Source: Nemertoderma westbladi
Taxonomy: Eukaryota; Animalia; Xenacoelomorpha
Direction of reading: 5' to 3'
Length of the DNA stretch: 64,000 bases
Assembly: GCA_032718475.1 (NCBI GenBank)
Contig: JAUCBJ010008264.1
Location: 1-64,000 of the forward strand
The position numbers and the translations under genes were made by a program. Under the pieces are notes generated by a model, which saw only the letters and a list, made by a program, of their open reading frames with translations, did not search any database and had not been told where the DNA came from. Shown piece after piece: positions 49,601 through 61,367 of the stretch (position 1 is the stretch's first letter; the number at the start of each line of letters is the position of its first letter).

Positions 49601-52600
49601 ATTATACCACTACCTACCCTTACATTACACCACTACCTACCCTTACATTATACCACTACCTACCCTTACATTATACCACTACCTACCCTTACATTACACC
49701 ACTACCTACCCTTACATTATACCACTACCTACCCTTACATTATACCACTACCTACCCTTACATTATACCACTACCTACCCTTACATTATACCACTACCTA
49801 CCCTTACATTACACCACTACCTACCCTTACATTATACCACTACCTACCCTTACATTATACCACTACCTACCCTTACATTATACCACCACCAGACTAACCA
49901 CTCCTGTACTGGATAGGAACCACTACATACCTTTACATTATACCACTACCTACCCTTACATTATACCACTACCTACCCTTACATTATACCACTACCTACC
50001 CTTACATTATACCACTACCTACCCTTACATTATACCACTACCTACCCTTACATTATACCACTACCTACCCTTACATTATATACCCTTACATTATACCACT
50101 ACCTACCCTTACATTATAACACCACCAGACTAACCACTCCTGCACTGGATAGGAACCACTACATACCTTTACATTATACCACTACCTACCCTTACATTAT
50201 ACCACTACCTACCCTTACATTATACCACTACCTACCCTTACATTATACCACTACCTACCCTTACATTATACCACTACCTACCCTTACATTACACCACTAC
50301 CTACCCTTACATTATACCACTACCTACCCTTACATTACACCACTACCTACCCTTACATTATACCACTACCTACCCTTACATTATACCACTACCTACCCTT
50401 ACATTATACCACTACCTACCCTTACATTATACCACTACCTACCCTTACATTACACCACTACCTACCCTTACATTATACCACTACCTACCCTTACATTACA
50501 CCACTACCTACCCTTACATTATACCACCACCAGACTAACCACTCCTGTACTGGATAGGAACCACTACATACCTTTACATTATACCACTACCTACCCTTAC
50601 ATTATACCACTACCTACCCTTACATTACACCACTACCTACCCTTACATTATACCACCACCAGACTAACCACTCCTGTACTGGATAGGAACCACTACATAC
50701 CTTTACATTATACCACTACCTACCCTTACATTATACCACTACCTACCCTTACATTATACCACTACCTACCCTTACATTACACCACTACCTACCCTTACAT
50801 TATACCACCACCAGACTAACCACTCCTGTACTGGATAGGAACCACTACATACCTTTACATTATACCATTACCTACCCTTACATTATACCACTACCTACCC
50901 TTTCATTATACCACTACCTACCCTTACATTACACCACTACCTACCCTTACATTATACCACCACCAGACTAACCACTCCTGTACTGGATAGGAACCACTAC
51001 ATACCTTTACATTATACCATTACCTACCCTTACATTATACCACTACCTACCGTTACATTATACCACCACCTACCCTTACATTATACCACTACCTACCCTT
51101 ACATTATACCACTACCTACCCTTACATTATACCACTACCTACCCTTACATTATACCACTACCTACCCTTACATTATACCACTACCTACCCTTACATTATA
51201 CCACTACCTACCCTTACATTATACCACTACCTACCCTTACATTATACCACTACCTACCCTTACATTATACCACTACCTACCCTTACATTATACCACTACC
51301 TACCCTTACATTATACCACTACCTACCCTTACATTATACCACTCTACCCTTACATTATACCACCACCTACCCTTACATTATACCACCACCTACCCTTACA
51401 TTATACCACTACCTACCCTTTCATTATACCACTACCTACCCTTACATTATACCACTACCTACCCTTACATTATACCACTATACCCTTACATTATACCACT
51501 ACCTACCCTTACATTATACCACTACCTACCCTTACATTATACCACTACCTACCCTTACATTATACCACTACCTACCCTTACATTATACCACTACCTACCC
51601 TTACATTATACCACTACCTACCCTTACATTATACCACTACCTACCCTTACATTATACCACCACCTACCCTTACATTATACCACTACCTACCCTTACATTA
51701 TACCACTACCTACCCTTACATTATACCACCACATACCCTTACATTATACCACTACCTACCCTTACATTATACCACTACCTACCCTTACATTATACCACTA
51801 CCTACCCTTACATTATACCACTACCTACCCTTACATTATACCACTCTACCCTTACATTATACCACTACCTACCATTACATTATACCACCACCTACCCTTA
51901 CATTATACCACTACCTACCCTTACATTATACCACTACCTACCCTTACATTATACCACCACCTACCCTTACATTATACCACTACCTACCCTTACATTATAC
52001 CACTACCTACCCTTACATTATACCACTACCTACCCTTACATTATACCACTACCTACCCTTACATTATACCACTACCTACCCTTACATTATACCACTACCT
52101 ACCCTTACATTATACCACTACCTACCCTTACATTATACCACTACCTACCCTTACATTATACCACTACCTACCCTTACATTATACCACTACCTACCCTTAC
52201 ATTATACCACTACCTACCCTTACATTATACCACCACATACCCTTACATTATACCACTACCTACCCTTACATTATACCACTCTACCCTTACATTATACCAC
52301 TACCTACCCTTACATTATACCACTACCTACCCTTACATTATACCACTACCTACCCTTACATTATACCACTACCTACCCTTACATTATACCACTACCTACC
52401 CTTACATTATACCACTACCTACCCTTACATTATACCACTACCTACCCTTACATTATACCACTACCTACCCTTACATTATACCACTACCTACCCTTACATT
52501 ATACCACTCTACCCTTACATTATACCACTACCTACCATTACATTATACCACCACCTACCCTTACATTATACCACTACCTACCCTTACATTATACCACTAC

Positions 52601-53243
52601 CTACCCTTACATTATACCACCACCTACCCTTACATTATACCACTACCTACCCTTACATTATACCACTACCTACCCTTACATTATACCACTACCTACCCTT
52701 ACATTATACCACTACCTACCCTTACATTATACCACTACCTACCCTTACATTATACCACTACCTACCCTTACATTATACCACTACCTACCCTTACATTATA
52801 CCACTACCTACCCTTACATTATACCACTACCTACCCTTACATTATACCACTACCTACCCTTACATTATACCACTACCTACCCTTACATTATACCACCACA
52901 TACCCTTACATTATACCACTACCTACCCTTACATTATACCACTCTACCCTTACATTATACCACTACCTACCCTTACATTATACCACTACCTACCCTTACA
53001 TTATACCACTACCTACCCTTACATTATACCACTACCTACCCTTACATTATACCACTACCTACCCTTACATTATACCACTACCTACCCTTACATTATACCA
53101 CTACCTACCCTTACATTATACCACTACCTACCCTTACATTATACCACTACCTACCATTACATTATACCACTACCTACCCTTACATTATACCACCACCAGA
53201 CTAACCACTCCTGCACTGTATAGGAACCTCTACCTATACCCAC
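10634..53243 (-). other. 42,610-bp GT-AG intron filled by satellite
   Basis: Donor AG|GTGGGT at 53244/53243 and acceptor TTTCAG|G at 10634/10633 are both phase 2; the join reads RRKRN-R-FLFLAVGLK. Confidence 0.82.
10925..53240. repeat. Satellite array, 23-bp monomer CCCTTACATTATACCACTACCTA with 21-, 15- and 60-bp variants, ~42.3 kb
   Basis: Period 23 (CTTACATTAT at 10931, 10954, ...); 60-bp variant carries CAGACTAACCACTCCTG(C/T)ACTGGA(T/A)AG(G/A)AAC; single orientation throughout; roughly 1,600-1,800 units (estimate). Confidence 0.99.
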
Positions 53244-53425
53244 CTATTTCGCTTTCGTCTTACAATCTCATCTTCTAGACTTTGCCATTTGTTTTTGGGT
53301 TTATTCGGTTCAATAGATGCTGTTGGCGTTGCCATAGAAACTGGTCGAGTCTCTATGAGATCCTTTCCGGAATATTCAGCAATCTGGCGAACAATAACTG
53401 ATTTATATGATGAGTCATAAGAGAC
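53244..53425 (-). CDS. Zinc-finger gene internal exon (182 bp)
   Basis: CTTCTAG|GTC acceptor (phase 0); open frame VSYDSSYKSVIVRQIAEYSGKDLIETRPVSMATPTASIEPNKPKNKWQSLEDEIVRRKRN plus AG; donor GTGGGT. Not in the ORF track. Confidence 0.85.
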
Positions 53426-53504
53426 CTAGAAGTAGCTAAACCTATTAACCAACAGTATGTAAGTCTCAATTTAAACATTTCTAAATATTCAATACTGTTT
53501 TTAC

Positions 53505-53826
53505 CTTTATATCGGGTTCTATACCAGAAACTTCCTTTTCCATATCAATTTGTTCCCGATTGCTATCCATTACTGATCGGCCTATTTCACAATCTAAGTC
53601 AACGATAGAAGACTGACTACCATTTAATGCTGTTTGAGAGCTATCCTCATCTTCATCTTCTTGACTTAGATAACGATCCAAAAGTACTTGGCATATATCC
53701 CCGTGTTCCATTGGTTCATCGTCTATGGAGTCTTCATTCATCTCTAGATCATCTACAAGTACTTCGGTTTCATCATCGGGTTCTCCATTATAAAGAACCT
53801 CGTCGTTATTATATCGGGTTATCTTC
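53505..53826 (-). CDS. Zinc-finger gene internal acidic exon (322 bp)
   Basis: Part of the 133-aa ORF; acceptor TATTATAG|G (phase 2; an alternative in-phase CAG lies at 53863); donor AAG|GTAAAA (phase 0); followed by a 79-bp intron. Confidence 0.82.
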
Positions 53827-54561
53827 CTATAATATAATAACAATTTCATTTTCATATCCAAACTGTAACCAGAAATATCCACATGCTATAGTTAGCTATA
53901 ATATCAATGCTATGATAGCCGTGCTATAATAAACAAATTACAGTAGAAATATTAATAATAACAATAATTTTATTGAAGAGTGTGAAAGTATTATATGTCC
54001 AATATATACTATTATGAAAAGCTGGTGATGATTTTGTGTAAAATTCACAACTGTAAGTATAATAAGTGGGTGAGTATATAATACGGTACAATGTTTATAG
54101 GAAGATTGAATTTTTCACTCAAACTACTGTCTAAGTCAAAACGCTGGTGATTCAAGTTAAATGATGGATAAATAATTACAAGGTGCCACTGTTTCCTGTT
54201 CATTGGGGGAAATTTGGAAAGTAATTGGATTATTTTCAGATGAAATTTAATATTTTAAAATTTTTCAAACAATTAATATCTGTTACCATGGATTCTTTTC
54301 AAAAATTCAACATACACAAAAATATGTTAAATATGAAATACGAAAACTTCACTTTATGTAAGATCTGTTTTACTATCAGGCAAGAACCCAGACCCCTCAT
54401 TATTTAATTTGGTAATTATTACACCTTATCCAGATGCAACCACTGGCAAATGCCTACCGCTTTTATCTCACAAATATATTAATATGAATTACAAAAGAAC
54501 AAAAGGTAGATTATTATGAGTCCTTGATTTGCGCACATCTGTTCCGTATGCATATTACCAA

Positions 54562-54801
54562 TTGGGGTGTCGTTTCAGCCTATTTTAAAATATTAACTTA
54601 ATTTCGCGAATATTTAATTTCGACATTCACCATTTAAGGTAACTTTTTAAAGGAAAGTACCAGGTTATAATGGCAGGCTTTTCTAATCAAAACAATAAAC
54701 TAAATTTAGGAACACAGTTAACAGTAAAAATTTAACTTCTAGACACTAATTTTTCAATATTAATTTAACATTCCTGTGTGAAGGTTGAAACGACACCCTA
54801 A
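54562..54801. mobile_element. Small intronic MITE-like element
   Basis: TTGGGGTGTCGTTTCAGCCT ... AGGTTGAAACGACACCCTAA inverted pair (18/20). Confidence 0.6.
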
Positions 54802-54960
54802 TGGGGTTTTTGCGTGAATGTCAGTTTTTTTGTGTATTTTTTTGGCGTCCAGTAATCAGCTGTTATTTGCGTCGATTATTGCGTCGAGACCCCCCCCCCC
54901 GCACACCCCTTTCCATCTGATAATAATATGCTATACAGCAGACAGCCCACACCTACATAC

Positions 54961-55076
54961 CTTGAAGAAACAATATCTTCGCTGTCGCAGCCTTGAACGC
55001 ATTCAGTGGCGTAATCATTAATGTTTGTTAGCGAATCAGGTAGACCGACGCCTTCTATTGGATATTCAATTGAATT
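54961..55076 (-). CDS. Zinc-finger gene internal exon (116 bp)
   Basis: ATTTTAG|AAT acceptor (phase 0); NSIEYPIEGVGLPDSLTNINDYATECVQGCDSEDIVSS plus AG; donor GTATGT (phase 2); both phases match the neighbouring exons. Confidence 0.82.
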
Positions 55077-55730
55077 CTAAAATATATCAATTAAATATCT
55101 CAATTTATTTCAGACTAGTTTAAGTAATATTTGGACCGGCCTAGCAACACCAGCCACTATACAACCACTATTCAGCTAAAATATCGAATCCAAAATTCTT
55201 GATATTTCGTGATAAAATATAATATCGGGTTGGGTATATACAACTACATATACAACTGAGGCGAGTATACTGACACGATACCTATCTCGGTCGGTATATA
55301 TGACACAACCCTTGAGTCAAACTGTGTCAGGTATATGTTCAGGTGTTTGGGGCGTGTCATGCGACATGGCGAGTCCATTCACAAAAAAAATAATTAAAAA
55401 AAAACAATAAATAATAAAAAAAACATGTAAAAAAACAAAACATAATTTAATATTAATTAATATTGCATTAATACCTCACCTAACCCTCAATTTAACAATT
55501 TTATTTATCATAATTTATAAATTTAAAATATTATTGTTGGTATAATCCATCAAGGCCTTCTAGGACATATTATTTATTCAATAAATCCAATAAGTAAAAT
55601 TTATATATTAAATAAATACAATGTTCTATTGTCATAAAGTGTTTTACTAAAATAAAGGCACATTATCATATTGTGACGTGACAGCCCCCCTCCCCACATC
55701 AACATTGTAGATCCCCCTCAATCTATTGAC

Positions 55731-55757
55731 CGTTACGTCATTTATGAACTGCCCCCC
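55731..55757. mobile_element. Possible solo MITE terminus (PIF/Harbinger-like)
   Basis: CGTTACGTCATTTATGAACTGCCCC resembles GGGGC-type termini recalled from memory; partner end not seen. Confidence 0.3.
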
Positions 55758-55912
55758 CAATTAAAATATTAATAAAGTTTAATTCCCTGATTACAAATCT
55801 TTCATACAAACTTTTCAATGTTATTCAAGATGTTTCGATCAATTCTAGAGGTCTCAGTTCAGTAAACATTTCTTTATTATCAAATAGTTCCTAATAACAT
55901 TTACATACAAAC

Positions 55913-58287
55913 CTCTTCTCCGTTTAAGCAATTGTCTTGGATTGATTCACTAAAAACGTTTGGAGATACCAAACTGTTTGGGACATCTGGAGAAATGATT
56001 AACTTGATGCGTTTCGGTTGATCAAATATTGAGGGGTCTGAAAGACCGGACTCCAACGCTGGACCAGGTAAATCGCGTTGATGCCCGTATATGAATTGCT
56101 GAGTGACACCCGATGTCGTGGGTTGAGGTATAATCCGGTTATCGGAAGCAACTGGTTCACTATCAGCTTCCAGTGGAATTCTAACAACCAGTTTTACGTT
56201 TCTTTCCACTGCAGAAGATGGGAGGCAGTAGCCACTGAAGGGCGTAGAGTTCGTGGGTATTCTAACAATATATTTACTTTGGGGGTTTGTAGTTACTGGA
56301 AGCAGTGGTCGCTGCTGTGGAGACGACGTATCATACATTGTCGGTTTATTAGTAATATGAAGTGATCTTTCGGATTCTTTAGGAATATTATTTTCAAGCG
56401 GGAAAGCATTATTGGACACATCCAAAAAACCGCTATTAATTTTTTGATTTTTATGGATAAATATGTGATTCTTTAGAGATGCGGCCAATTGATAACGTTT
56501 GTCACACACTGGACAAATATGACCAGTGCGTTTGATAAAAGACTGTATGGTGCAATTTAAACCATTCTTTCTATTTATGGAGTGGGAAACTACATGAAAT
56601 ATAAGTGATGACTCATCATCAAAACCATCTCCGCAAAAATGACAATAAAAACGCCAATGTTTAATAAAACCCAAAGGGAAAACTCCTTTTTCTGGAATAT
56701 TTGAACTGCCTTTAGATGCTCCATTAACTTGTTGCGCAATTTCACTGCACTCATTTTCATTATCACGGCTATCATTAGCAATAGATTGAGGTGGGTTAAG
56801 GCTGGAATTATTTGTCATTTTATTATTACCAAGAGCAAGACATGTCCTTAATCCGTGGTGATTTGTAATCAACACGCCCACAGTAACACTTCGCGACAGA
56901 TGTACCCCTGGATGCGTCTTTGATAAATGGTTAGAAAGTTCCGAGATTGAAGTGAATATTAAAAAACAGCCGGAACACATAAACCGGGATGGAATAGCCA
57001 AAACCTCCTTGAGAGAGGCGAATGCATGCGACCGATGCCAGGGAGAGCTAGAGTTCAATTCCGGAAAAGATTTTTTTGGAATGCTGTGGGCCAGTTGAAT
57101 GTGTAGAGGCAATAGCTTAGCATTTGGAAATACTGTGCTGCAAAAAAGACATACAGAAAATGTACCAACACTTTTCTTGCCATGAGATTTTGATAAATGT
57201 TTCGCAAGAACTTGCATCTGTGGGAAGACCCTCGGGCAATAGTCGCAAATAAATGGATACTCGGACATGTGCGTTTTAACATGAATGCTAAGAGATTCAT
57301 CACAGCCGAATGTTATGCCACAAGTGTAACAACGGCTTTGGGGTTTATGAGTATGGTAGGTTTTCAATATGTGACAATACAAACTGTGCCTCTTGGAGAA
57401 AGTGAATGAACAGCGCTGGCAGCACAGAGTCTTACCCTCCACGTGGTTGAACAAAATGTGATTTTGTTGTTGGACATAGGTTTGAAATACTACACCACAA
57501 AACTCGCAAGGAAACCACACATTGTGAGTATGAGTGGTCGACATGTGCTCTGACAAAGATACATAGTCTAACAATGTCTTATTGCACATGAGACAAGTAA
57601 TATCTTCGTTATTCTCATGGGAGGGCGATTCGCTCAAACCAGACTTTGTAATATTAGCAATAACGTCCAAACACTTGTTTAATCTTTTAATACTTGAAGA
57701 TCCTGATGGTTTTTTGCCTGATGGGATTTTGGCGGAACTGTGAAGAGGAAATTGTACTTGAGTACTATGATTGTGAACCTCAAAGATATGTTTGTTGAGA
57801 AGATTCAATGATGTAAATCCGAATTTGGCACAAAGTTGACATCGAAGTACCTCGTTCCGCATTAGATCAGCCAAATGAACCTCAAGATCTACTTTTGTGT
57901 TGAACGTTCCCCCACAATGAGTGCAGTTTATACAAGTATTGTCATTATTAGCGAAGGTGTGAATTTGCTTGTGCAACTGTAAGTTATGTAAGTAGTTAAA
58001 TTCAACCCTGCAAGAGTCACATTTAAATTCCCGGTCTGCGAAATGACTCCATATATGGGCATCTAGGGCTGCTAACGTCTGAAATTCCTGGTTGTCACAG
58101 AATCGACACACTGTATCAACAGGACTGTTTCTGGATAGATCTGAGGTTGAGGTTTGCGATTCGTCTCTGGATTTGGGTAAAGCTGGTTGTTGATTTTGTA
58201 GATGAGGTTGCATTGGTTCAGAATTTGCTGCAATTGATGATGATGACCTGATGAGGGCAGTAGAATCTTTCAAGGAAGGTGCACCAC
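55913..58287 (-). CDS. Zinc-finger gene large exon with ~12 C2H2 fingers plus one degenerate finger
   Basis: 809-aa ORF (CRFC..HIWSH, CDSC..HKQIH, CDYC..HLSKSH, CPVC..HIFIH, etc.); acceptor CCTATTTTAG|GT at 58288/58287 (phase 1); donor GAG|GTTTGT at 55913/55912 (phase 0). Confidence 0.92.
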
Positions 58288-58852
58288 CTAAAATAGGAAA
58301 TATTAATTTAGATTTGAAAGTGATGTGCATGCCGAATGGTCTCTACCATTTGGAAAAGTGACTTAATTTGGCATTCCTAACCAAAACAGTAAACGATATA
58401 TATATATATAATTACAAATGGCATTGTTTGTTTCATGTTTAGGCGACGTATTTAATGGACGATTTTGATCCCGATTCGCCATGTGACAATATCAAGACGC
58501 AGTCAGCAAAATATCATTATCAGATATAGAAACAAGTCCAGGTTAGTAAGCTGTCTACGGATCTGTAACGAATGTGTTTAGTTAAATAAACTATCGGCTG
58601 AGAAAAACGCTACGATTTGGGAGATTTTGTTTGAGGAGTTTCCGCTAAAGATATTTGGATTGAAAAAAACGTAGTGAAACAAAACACAGTGAAATAAAAT
58701 GGTTTTTGAGTTTTGCTCTGAAACATCCGAAGTTTGGCTGTTTTCTTATATCCAGTGGGAGATCGTACCATAACTTTACTATCTGATTCGTGAGACTATA
58801 ATGGCCATAATATCTTCTACTATGATGTACTTTTTGGAATTACAGATTTAGT

Positions 58853-58983
58853 CAAGTCGAGTACTTTGAATGTTCTGGAATTAATGATTTTGACAAGTCG
58901 AGTGCTTTGAATGTTCTGGAATTAATGATTTTGAAAAGTCGAGTACTTTGAATGTTCTGGAATTAATGATTTTGTCAAGTCGT
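58853..58983. repeat. Tandem repeat, 41-bp unit, ~3.2 copies
   Basis: CAAGTCGAGTACTTTGAATGTTCTGGAATTAATGATTTTGA at 58853, 58894, 58935. Confidence 0.9.
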
Positions 58984-59499
58984 GGAAGTTGCGGTAAGTC
59001 TAGAAATTTCAATGGGAATCAGATACCGGCCCAAACTCACAAAAAGTGGCCAAAAACGTTTCCCACACGAATCGACTTAATTTTAGAATGATATTTTTTT
59101 GGAACCTAGTAAATTTATACATATTTTTGAAGATCATTTTATGGTCCAACAGATGCACAAAATCATACTGCGACCCCGTCTTTGAAAGACTTTACAGACG
59201 TTTTAGTACTAAAAAAAAGCAGGTTTTTCAATTGTCCAAAAAAGTTGATTGTATTCTGGGGGATGTATTTTGACATCTACTGGGTGTATTTCAACAAGTT
59301 ATAGCTACATTTTAAAGCTAAATAATAGAGGAATGCAATGGAATAACTTCCAAATTGTTTTATTGATATCATATTGAAATACAACAATAGATAATATACC
59401 CCTATTTTTGAAAATTTTTGAAAAATGTTTTTTAAAAATTTTTGAAAAATATTTTTGAAAATTTTTGTCCCAAACGGTAACACCTATTATGATTTTGAT

Positions 59500-59635
59500 T
59501 GAGTACCAGTTAAATAACTGGGAGCAAATCTTGGGATAGGAGTAGCGCCCACCCCTACCCTCGGGTAGAAGCTATCGAAAGAGGAGCCTTCGGGTCGCCT
59601 CCGGCTTCGGCCGACTGTTTGCTTGCTTGCTTTTT
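59500..59635 (+). mobile_element. 5'-truncated SINE 3' portion
   Basis: GC-rich island GGAGTAGCGCCCACCCCTACCCTCGG...GGAGCCTTCGGGTCGCCTCCGGCTTCGGCCG with a (TTGC)n tail; resembles invertebrate SINE tails recalled from memory. Confidence 0.55.
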
Positions 59636-60177
59636 TGTATATGATTTTAGAGATTGGGCACTGTGGGTCAGTGGAACTGCACGCACAGCACACACGCAAA
59701 CAGGTAGAGACCTACTTAAAGCGAAGTGATTTAATGAGTGCGGATACCGCTATCGTTGGCAAATAGATAATGCAGGTGCAGGATGAGTGACAGCTTGTGT
59801 CGTGTCCATCAACCCCAGGACGCGTTACAGCGACAGCACTTGACCTTTTTGACTAACTGACACCCAGCTGCCCAGTTAGGACTTGATGACAACTGGTTGG
59901 ACCTCAACATATACCCGATAATTACTGGCACGTGGTTGATCTAACTGGCACCAAGTTGGACCTGGTGACACTTGGTTGACTAGCCACTGGCGCGCAAAAG
60001 TAAGGTATTTTATATTACAGATACTACTGTAGTAAGTCAATAAATTCGCAAAGGACAGACTGAATGGTTTTCCAAATCTGTGAATGTCTTTGATAGATCA
60101 ATAATGTTTGCTCCCTTATCATTGCCGCTACCAGCTGCTAAACTTATAGTGCCATATAGCAACACAGTCCAAGATTC

Positions 60178-61367
60178 TGCAAAGTCATAATGTTATACAA
60201 AGGCGGATAACCGAGAGATTCTAATAACTACAGGCCCAACTCTCTACTCCCAGTTGTATCTAAAATCTACGAAATAATAATCAACCGCAACTGCAATCCT
60301 ACTTAGCTAAATATAATATACTAAACAAAGCTCAATTTGGGTTCCGTGCTAAAACTTCTACATCGCAAACGCTACTTACAGTAATAGAAAAAATACGCCA
60401 GGCTTTAGACCAAAAAAAATCTACTTGTGCTATTTATATAGATCTAAAAAAGGCCTTTGATACGCTAAACCATAAAATACTAATTTCTAAGCCAGAATCC
60501 TACGGTATCATAGGTACTCCTAACCTACTCTTTGCTAGTTTTCTATTTCAATAGATATAGTAGATTTTAATACGTCTCTATCAATAACCATACCTCGACT
60601 CTTGAACCTCAGCTCTGCGGAGTACCGCAAGGTGGCGCACTTTCTCCTATTCTTTTTCTACTTTATATTAACGACCTACCTAATGCTTCAACCTTATTGT
60701 CCACACTATTCGCAGATGACACTACTCTATACTATTCCAACCCAAATTCTAACGAACTCTAACACTAATATCCAACTAAATAAAGTTGCCGATTGGTTAA
60801 AGGCCAATTGTTTATCACTTAACCTTTCCAAAACTGAATATTCAATATTTTCTAACATAATTAATGATGTGACCCAAATTCCAGGCCTCAAAATTAACAA
60901 TCATAAAATTAATTACTCGGCCAGCACAAAATTCCTTGGAGTTGGGGGTTGACAATAAGTTATCTTGGCAACCATATGTTAAATATATTCTTAAGAAAAT
61001 TTCTAGAACGTCCGGGCTATTCTATAAACTACGTCATATCTTTCCTCTATATATTCTTCGCCAGCTATATTTCAGTCTAATCCACCCCTTCTTACACTAC
61101 GGACTCCTAATATGGGGCAGTACTAATTCTACTACACTCAAACCTCTCAGAATTAAAATCAACAAACTACTCCGTTGTATGACATTCAACCATTATCAGG
61201 CCTCATCAGCTCCTTTATATAAGTCACTTAATATCCCTCTTTACAATGTCTATTTAAACATCAGACTGCTCTATTCATGCATGACATATATTCCCATAGG
61301 ATTAATCCTCTGTCAGATTTAGGTAAATTTAGGTACTTTTTAGAAAACCTCAGCCTCTCACCAGTAT
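60178..61367 (+). pseudogene. Decayed 5'-truncated non-LTR (CR1/L2-like) reverse transcriptase
   Basis: Motifs NYRPNSLLPVVSKIYE, QFGFR, IDLKKAFDTLNH, GVPQG, LFADDT, KFLGV, YFSLIHPFLHYGLLIWG across stops and frameshifts; cut at 61367. Confidence 0.92.

Noticed and set aside
10925-53240. Telomere or interstitial telomeric repeat (CCCTTA resembles CCCTAA)
   Set aside because: Only one such hexamer per 23-mer; the array is flanked by exons and matches donor-adjacent sequence
10925-53240. TATAAT (bacterial -10 box) in each minus-strand unit
   Set aside because: Eukaryotic locus; coincidental
55826-55912. Possible 22-nt intron giving an alternative terminal peptide ELFDNKEMFTELRPLELIETS
   Set aside because: Too short for a typical animal intron, and an in-phase exon exists at 55076; a short isoform ending at the 55901 stop cannot be excluded
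58443-58551. Plus-strand exon-like segment (TTTAG|GCG...CAG|GTTAGT)
   Set aside because: Stops in all three frames and no partner exons
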